Shown: positions 63,301 to 64,000 of the stretch, in pieces
How the letters are laid out: the number at the start of each line of letters is the position of its first letter
How positions within the stretch are numbered: the first letter of the stretch is position 1
Assembly (NCBI GenBank): GCA_964016885.1
Contig: OZ024740.1
Span: 298,344,001-298,408,000, forward strand
Source: Eledone cirrhosa
Taxonomy: Eukaryota
Direction of reading: 5' to 3'
DNA: 64,000 bases
The notes under the pieces: generated by a model
Seen by the model: only the letters and a program-made list of their open reading frames with translations
What the model was told of the DNA's origin: nothing
Databases searched by the model: none
Translations under genes and position numbers: made by a program

Positions 63301-63509
63301 TTATTATTATAATAACATGATTTATCATCATTTAACAGATGTTAAATGATAACGATTTTAACACAAAAGTCCTAATAATTAAACAGTTAGTAGAATAAAT
63401 TAGTAGTACTAACCTTTACATCAGAAATATAACCAATGACAGCTAAAGCCTTTGGTTCCCAATGAGCTTCACCAAGATAGTTGGTGCAGTGAGTACGGTC
63501 TAATAGATC
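2174..63509 (-). CDS. KNTC1: KNTC1 / Rough deal (kinetochore-associated protein 1), 5'-partial multi-exon gene, 37 coding exons in window
   Basis: 37 GT-AG exons with matching phases give one open frame of 4257 nt. Peptides recall vertebrate KNTC1 in colinear order: [75 protein letters not shown]. Recognised from memory. Confidence 0.92.
2437..2787. repeat. Minisatellite, ~7 x 51 bp
   Basis: Unit like TAGCAATAGAACCCACCACCAACTGATATAAGCACCAGTTATGTACTAACA repeated in tandem. Confidence 0.92.
3411..3654. mobile_element. piggyBac-type (TTAA) MITE family B; related copies near 24433-24830, 41576-42227, 45645-46760, 63790-63946
   Basis: TTAA-C(G/C)CTTTT...AAAAGGG-TTAA termini and shared internal sequence. 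Confidence 0.6.
3781..4088 (-). mobile_element. Composite SINE: tRNA/CORE-type head plus RTE-like 3' tail; near-identical copy at 32095-32427
   Basis: Head GGAGGCAC(A/G)TGGCTTAGTGGTTAGAGC...GAGTTCAATTC (A/B boxes), CTTGAGCAAGACACTTTATTTCAC core, tail shared with RTE 3' UTR. Confidence 0.7.
4218..4432. mobile_element. piggyBac-type (TTAA) MITE family A; copies at ~24545-24760, 25428-25651, 40326-40538, 51439-51640
   Basis: TTAA-CCCTTTAG...CTAAAGGG-TTAA inverted termini, ~210 bp, repeated in window. Confidence 0.75.
4504..4590 (-). CDS. KNTC1: KNTC1 exon [29 protein letters not shown]
   Basis: ttgtgcag / gtcagt, 87 nt. Confidence 0.82.
4749..5123. mobile_element. TA-flanked Tc1/mariner-pogo-type MITE; copies at 8079-8409, ~39750-40030, 42511-42820, 48597-48829, ~56420-56643
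   Basis: TACTCTCAGG..AATAAT / ATTATTTGGGACCTGAGAG inverted termini and conserved internal AT-rich sequence. Confidence 0.65.
5202..5325 (-). CDS. KNTC1: KNTC1 exon [41 protein letters not shown]
   Basis: ttttccag / gtattt, 124 nt, phase 2-0. Confidence 0.9.
5751..5811 (-). CDS. KNTC1: KNTC1 exon [19 protein letters not shown](R)
   Basis: tttttccag / gtttgt, 61 nt, phase 1-2. Confidence 0.85.
7161..7272 (-). CDS. KNTC1: KNTC1 exon [37 protein letters not shown]
   Basis: ttttatag / gtaagt, 112 nt, phase 0-1. Confidence 0.88.
7725..7829 (-). CDS. KNTC1: KNTC1 exon [35 protein letters not shown]
   Basis: tttttcag / gtatgt, 105 nt. Confidence 0.9.
9024..9159 (-). CDS. KNTC1: KNTC1 exon [17 protein letters not shown]...[17 protein letters not shown]
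   Basis: ctaaaag / gttaaa, 136 nt, phase 2-0; WKNHS motif. Confidence 0.87.
9390..9960 (+). mobile_element. Old RTE (BovB-like) LINE fragment
   Basis: Degenerate RIAKA..., LHIHWQ...TEV, QL..SDHIVR motifs with stops and frameshifts. Confidence 0.45.
10367..10482 (-). CDS. KNTC1: KNTC1 exon [38 protein letters not shown](R)
   Basis: tttatatag / gtttgt, 116 nt, phase 0-2. Confidence 0.86.
12082..12151 (-). CDS. KNTC1: KNTC1 exon [23 protein letters not shown]
   Basis: tttttcaaccag / gtaagt, 70 nt, phase 2-0. Confidence 0.85.
13436..13810 (+). mobile_element. CR1 3'-UTR fragment interrupted by a tRNA-SINE (13541-13727)
   Basis: Matches the 3' UTR of the LINE at 55360-55660; 21-bp TSD ATTATTCTATGTACTATACAT at 13520-13540 and 13728-13748. 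Confidence 0.8.
13908..13984 (-). CDS. KNTC1: KNTC1 exon [25 protein letters not shown](R)
   Basis: ttttcag / gtaagt, 77 nt, phase 0-2. Confidence 0.84.
15080..18180 (-). pseudogene. Helitron Rep/PIF1 helicase (RepHel), frameshifted
   Basis: Rep motifs [23 protein letters not shown]; SF1 helicase motifs [49 protein letters not shown], spread over several broken ORFs. Confidence 0.93.
18576..18818. repeat. GC-rich tandem array, 9 x 27 bp, inside the Helitron
   Basis: Unit like CGCATGCGCAGTACGGACCAGACTTCG with no indels; produces the 9-aa repeat in ORF 18410..18841. Confidence 0.92.
19116..19792 (+). mobile_element. Non-autonomous Helitron nested in the larger Helitron
   Basis: A|TCTAAACTATAATAAAG 5' end; hairpin CTAGCAGAAAAACCA...TGGTTTTTCTGCTAG|T 3' end; A/T insertion site; 5' part homologous to the reverse complement of 20226-20367. 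Confidence 0.8.
19212..19399 (-). mobile_element. tRNA-derived SINE family A (Nin/Deu-like central block); other copies near 1-140, 660-850, 6625-6765, 13541-13727, 34321-34502, 35269-35443, 47540-47740, 60265-60470
   Basis: Head TGGCAGTATCGGTAGAG...GAGTTCAAATCCC, core TTGCCTTTCATCC..GGGGTCGATAAAATAAAGTACC, tail AGAAACAATTAT; 18-bp TSD at 19194-19211 and 19400-19417. Confidence 0.85.
20951..22012 (-). mobile_element. RTE-clade LINE, 5'-truncated
   Basis: ORF 21197..21646 [20 protein letters not shown]...[11 protein letters not shown]...GRPK; (GAT)n tail at the low-coordinate end. Confidence 0.9.
23128..23280. mobile_element. GC-rich hAT-like MITE fragment
   Basis: Begins CAGGGCCGTCTTAA, with internal GGGCCCC subterminal motifs typical of hAT MITEs. 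Confidence 0.45.
24194..24306 (-). CDS. KNTC1: KNTC1 exon [37 protein letters not shown]
   Basis: ttgctag / gtaatt, 113 nt, phase 1-0. Confidence 0.88.
25666..25864 (-). CDS. KNTC1: KNTC1 exon [27 protein letters not shown]...[16 protein letters not shown]
   Basis: ttctcctcctag / gtaagt, 199 nt, phase 0-1; strongly KNTC1-like. Confidence 0.92.
25910..26160 (+). mobile_element. tRNA/CORE-type SINE family B; copies near 1190-1270, 3075-3210, 18290-18550, 27655-27965, 49905-50170, 63585-63780
   Basis: GGAGGCACGTGGTCTAGTG...GATTCC head, ACTCAGCTGAAAATGAGTACC core. Confidence 0.65.
27080..27150 (-). CDS. KNTC1: KNTC1 exon [23 protein letters not shown]
   Basis: ttccag / gtaaaa, 71 nt, phase 1-0. 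Confidence 0.85.
28556..28787 (-). CDS. KNTC1: KNTC1 exon [13 protein letters not shown]...[18 protein letters not shown]
   Basis: tttcag / gtacgt, 232 nt, phase 0-1; within ORF 28530..28931. Confidence 0.9.
29117..29337. mobile_element. Mariner-type MITE
   Basis: TA-CGAGGGGGTGCTGAAAAGTTCCTGGCT ... AGCCAGGAACTTTTCAGCACTTCCTCA-TA terminal inverted repeats. Confidence 0.8.
29615..29880. repeat. ~42-bp tandem repeat derived from the RTE 3' UTR; similar arrays at 26600-26770 and 41750-42010
   Basis: Repeated AAAAGCACCCAGCCCACACTGTAAAGTGGTCATGTAGGTG(T/A)CAC units next to a (GAT)n tail. Confidence 0.8.
30403..30461 (-). CDS. KNTC1: KNTC1 exon (S)[19 protein letters not shown]
   Basis: ttctcatag / gtaact, 59 nt, phase 1-0. 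Confidence 0.85.
33396..33483 (-). CDS. KNTC1: KNTC1 exon [29 protein letters not shown]
   Basis: caatag / gtaagt, 88 nt, phase 0-1. Confidence 0.85.
33788..34150 (+). mobile_element. Rex3/Expander-like RTE LINE 3' fragment; related pieces 27390-27640(+), 36715-37030(-), 37095-37350(+), 39358-39745(+), 58730-59110(+)
   Basis: [15 protein letters not shown] motif; ORF 58785..59159 [21 protein letters not shown]; purine-rich (GAA/GAG)n tail. Confidence 0.7.
34861..34956 (-). CDS. KNTC1: KNTC1 exon [32 protein letters not shown]
   Basis: ttctccttgaag / gtaagt, 96 nt. Confidence 0.86.
35473..35553 (-). CDS. KNTC1: KNTC1 exon [27 protein letters not shown]
   Basis: caatag / gtaagt, 81 nt; YDYE motif. 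Confidence 0.87.
36102..36300 (-). CDS. KNTC1: KNTC1 exon [16 protein letters not shown]...[11 protein letters not shown]
   Basis: attcag / gtcagt, 199 nt, phase 2-0. Confidence 0.87.
36523..36632 (-). CDS. KNTC1: KNTC1 exon [36 protein letters not shown]
   Basis: tttcag / gtgagt, 110 nt, phase 0-2. Confidence 0.86.
37859..37975 (-). CDS. KNTC1: KNTC1 exon [12 protein letters not shown]...[13 protein letters not shown]
   Basis: tttacag / gtattg, 117 nt. Confidence 0.88.
38900..39028 (-). CDS. KNTC1: KNTC1 exon [22 protein letters not shown]...FGYNYRRLK
   Basis: taacag / gtaaaa, 129 nt. Confidence 0.88.
40058..40150 (-). CDS. KNTC1: KNTC1 exon [31 protein letters not shown]
   Basis: ttgatag / gtaagt, 93 nt. 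Confidence 0.82.
40864..41020. repeat. ~4.5 x 35-bp tandem repeat within an RTE tail
   Basis: GGCATGGGTTAGATGGCTTGTCAGGGTCCATATTT units. Confidence 0.85.
41280..41530 (-). CDS. KNTC1: KNTC1 exon [10 protein letters not shown]...[20 protein letters not shown]...LTNE
   Basis: attccag / gtaaac, 251 nt, phase 1-0; within ORF 41238..41609. Confidence 0.85.
42830..44206 (-). mobile_element. RTE-clade LINE, 5'-truncated
   Basis: ORF 43361..44188 with LYADD RT motif, Cys-rich CSVC..CPKC.VWVHKRC insert, RRLRWYGHV; 3' UTR and (GAT)n tail. Confidence 0.92.
44378..44590. repeat. 4 x 53-bp tandem repeat overlapping a KNTC1 splice donor
   Basis: Units like AAACTTCACAC...CCTGAATATTGGGAAATACTTAC.GAACTTCTGCAA; alternate units are more alike. 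Confidence 0.85.
44577..44736 (-). CDS. KNTC1: KNTC1 exon [11 protein letters not shown]...[23 protein letters not shown]...LLQKF
   Basis: ctttag / gtaagt, 160 nt, phase 0-1. Confidence 0.87.
45359..45456 (-). CDS. KNTC1: KNTC1 exon [32 protein letters not shown]
   Basis: tttcag / gtgagt, 98 nt, phase 1-0. Confidence 0.85.
45790..46690 (+). mobile_element. RTE fragment interrupted by a Tigger/pogo-like MITE (46058-46257), inside a TTAA MITE
   Basis: [20 protein letters not shown] peptide; TACAGTAAAACTCCATT...ATGGAATTTTACCTGTA inverted termini; (GAT)n tail. Confidence 0.7.
47248..47441 (-). CDS. KNTC1: KNTC1 exon [18 protein letters not shown]...[19 protein letters not shown]
   Basis: tttgcag / gtaagt, 194 nt, phase 2-1; within ORF 47144..47467. 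Confidence 0.9.
48438..48539 (-). CDS. KNTC1: KNTC1 exon [33 protein letters not shown]
   Basis: tttctag / gtaagt, 102 nt, phase 2-2. Confidence 0.85.
48887..48912 (-). CDS. KNTC1: KNTC1 microexon PDMQCKLY(R)
   Basis: tttgttttattttcag / gtaact, 26 nt; needed to bridge phase 0 to phase 2. Confidence 0.75.
49566..49673 (-). CDS. KNTC1: KNTC1 exon [36 protein letters not shown]
   Basis: attcag / gtaagt, 108 nt. Confidence 0.85.
50440..51050 (+). mobile_element. CRE-clade (restriction-like endonuclease) non-LTR retrotransposon relic
   Basis: Degenerate [49 protein letters not shown] motifs: zinc knuckle plus PD-(D/E)xK endonuclease. Confidence 0.7.
51227..51291 (-). CDS. KNTC1: KNTC1 exon [21 protein letters not shown]
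   Basis: tttcag / gtaaga, 65 nt, phase 1-0. Confidence 0.82.
51684..51759 (-). CDS. KNTC1: KNTC1 exon [25 protein letters not shown]
   Basis: ttgtag / gtatgt, 76 nt, phase 0-1. Confidence 0.78.
51935..52350 (+). mobile_element. RTE LINE 3' fragment
   Basis: [15 protein letters not shown] peptides and GGACGTAAAAATGATGAT tail. Confidence 0.75.
52471..55374 (+). CDS. CR1-clade LINE ORF2 (APE endonuclease + reverse transcriptase), uninterrupted 967 aa
   Basis: LNARSL, VTETW, VYRPP, GDFNHP, LDLIF, SDH endonuclease motifs; [32 protein letters not shown] motifs; CR1-type C-terminus [14 protein letters not shown]. Confidence 0.95.
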   Translation: MTASNIKLKSLLFGSKVYKSNWDTSNINQNNLPPSTHHHKLRAGYKLLSLNARSLCNKIHLFESYVRSIDPDFITVTETWAHSLLCDGVFTITGYNLFRKDRINRRGGGVMVYVRSNFSVIPCVDLNESQEEVFFCDIRMTMSTLLLGVVYRPPNYHQDTQLCDILRVAAKKTATYVFIAGDFNHPEIDWETFRWPQGANDFLELVLDSNWSQVVTSPTRGDNTLDLIFTTTPEVVISCTTEEPLGDSDHAMIIANLALEGSNKNQGHLQSACFDWKRADWNLYCTELQRPNWHEMYNSGDVNSILQSILDSIWIACAASVPRKRKNNHPKSAIWETSAVRLARKERRNAEREYKLHRSDANRKKRNKSSNHLKQVTKKAVLEFEQCIATNPDSKVFWKYVHSKQRPHSPVGPLRNPHTSQITDDPKECAELIAECYASIFTVEDQNVPSPPSLTSNSITTMEFTPAMLRRHLKNKRNYASPGFDGVTYLLLKRGGDFLLRQLSFFFQYCLSNGATPEQWKTASVIPLFKKGNRMSPVNYRPVSLTSCMAKLMESCVRETLWNFWSSHSLIWPSQFGFIPNSSCCDQLIEFLEDITRITDSGSWVDVVYLDFAKAFNSVPHKRLMAKLSAMGVRDDLFDWLKSFILSRKEVVTVLGQHSSPYEMSSGVPQGSVLGPLLFVAYINDIDANLQNATVLKYADDIKLYLEIKRTDPEIYNSFLQSDLDTMQQWITDWQLKLAVDKCTTMHFGRKNPASTYSLHNTDIKKSSCERDLGITVSNDLRWTKHVSKIVKKAEGVLASLSKTFVSRSPAIYLKLYTAMVRPHLEFASSVWNPYLARNIDLLETVQRRATKRIPSIRHLPYSERLASLGMDSLKLRRLAMDLVNTHKVFNHLANCNPERLFDLHVSNTRGHAYKIRKQHSSHDFRRHFFTLRVAEAWNKLPASIVSCRDTASFKTLMLPKIRQNYT
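52540..55660 (+). mobile_element. CR1-type LINE, 5'-truncated (no ORF1), antisense in a KNTC1 intron
   Basis: ORF2, then a 3' UTR with an internal ~130-bp duplication and an (ATT)n tail at ~55644-55660; 5' boundary approximate. Confidence 0.88.
55705..56044. mobile_element. Possible solo LTR
   Basis: ~340-bp GC-richer island bounded by TGTTGTAG...CTACAACT inverted termini; no TSD found. Confidence 0.3.
56197..56316 (-). CDS. KNTC1: KNTC1 exon [40 protein letters not shown]
   Basis: cattag / gtaagt, 120 nt. Confidence 0.85.
56688..57268 (+). mobile_element. RTE LINE 3' fragment inserted in a (TA)n tract
   Basis: YGHVMRMK...GRPRKTW peptide, 3' UTR, (GAT)n tail; TA repeats on both flanks. Confidence 0.85.
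57268..57349. repeat. (TA)n microsatellite
   Basis: Long near-perfect TA run. Confidence 0.95.
58003..58140 (-). CDS. KNTC1: KNTC1 exon [20 protein letters not shown]...QYMMKDK
   Basis: ttccag / gtaagc, 138 nt; overlaps ORF 57865..58110. Confidence 0.88.
59524..59632 (-). CDS. KNTC1: KNTC1 exon [36 protein letters not shown]
   Basis: attcag / gtaaat, 109 nt, phase 2-0. Confidence 0.85.
59838..59941 (-). CDS. KNTC1: KNTC1 exon [34 protein letters not shown]
   Basis: ctttcag / gtgagt, 104 nt, phase 0-2. Confidence 0.88.
60475..60790 (-). mobile_element. CR1 3' fragment
   Basis: Reverse complement of the LINE end at 55225-55650 ([12 protein letters not shown]). Confidence 0.8.
61588..63112 (-). 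mobile_element. RTE-clade LINE, 5'-truncated, inserted into a CR1 3' fragment (61468-63310)
   Basis: [27 protein letters not shown]; very similar to 42830-44206; CR1 sequence resumes on the far side with TCCAT duplicated. Confidence 0.9.
63414..63509 (-). CDS. KNTC1: KNTC1 exon [32 protein letters not shown]
   Basis: ttctccag acceptor, gttagt donor, 96 nt, phase 0-0. Confidence 0.88.
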
Positions 63510-64000
63510 CTGGAGAAAAATAGAAAAATCAGATGAACAATTACAGAAAATCAACAAATACATAAGGAGATATTAAAGAAGTGTACAGTGTGAAGGCAAG
63601 TGGCTTAGTGGTTAGAGCATTGAGCTCACAAATGTAAAGATCAGTTTACTCAGCTGTAGAAATGAGTTGTGATGTCACTGGTGCCAAGCTGTATTGGTAA
63701 TTGCCTTTCCCTTGGACAACATTGGTGGTGTGGAGTGGGGAGACTGGTATGCATGGGTAACTGCTGGTCTTCCACAAACACACTTTCAAAATTATTAATT
63801 ATTTCATTAAGCTATTAACTTAATGTAATGTTCTTATATAAAATTATATTGGAAGATTTTAATTTAAATTGGAAACCTTAAAAATTAGTAATTTTATTTC
63901 ATAGAACCAGAGTTGGCTTTGGCTGGATTGGTAACTAAAGGGTTAAGCTGGTGTTTGGAACATAATAAAGATCCTTAGATAAATATAGGCACTTTAAAAC

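Overview
AT-rich eukaryotic genomic DNA, probably a mollusc and most likely a coleoid cephalopod such as octopus (inferred from the repeat families, not proven). The minus strand carries the 3' ~two-thirds of a kinetochore-associated protein 1 gene (KNTC1/Rough deal, RZZ complex). I traced 37 GT-AG coding exons by hand from 63509 down to a TGA stop at 2174; they join in one continuous frame (4257 nt, ~1418 aa) and the 5' part lies beyond the window. The introns are filled with transposons: a decayed ~5.7 kb Helitron with a nested non-autonomous Helitron and a 27-bp GC-rich repeat array; a CR1-type LINE with an uninterrupted 967-codon EN+RT ORF; many RTE and Rex3-like LINE pieces; a CRE-like relic; a piggyBac relic; two tRNA-derived SINE families; and TTAA- and TA-type MITEs. 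The best leads are a SINE insertion that co-captured a copy of a KNTC1 splice acceptor (possible new in-frame exon), the Helitron nest with its NRF1-like motif array, and a ~125-bp duplication flanking an RTE tail. I see no clearly new multi-gene system. Protein matches are from recalled sequences, not database searches.
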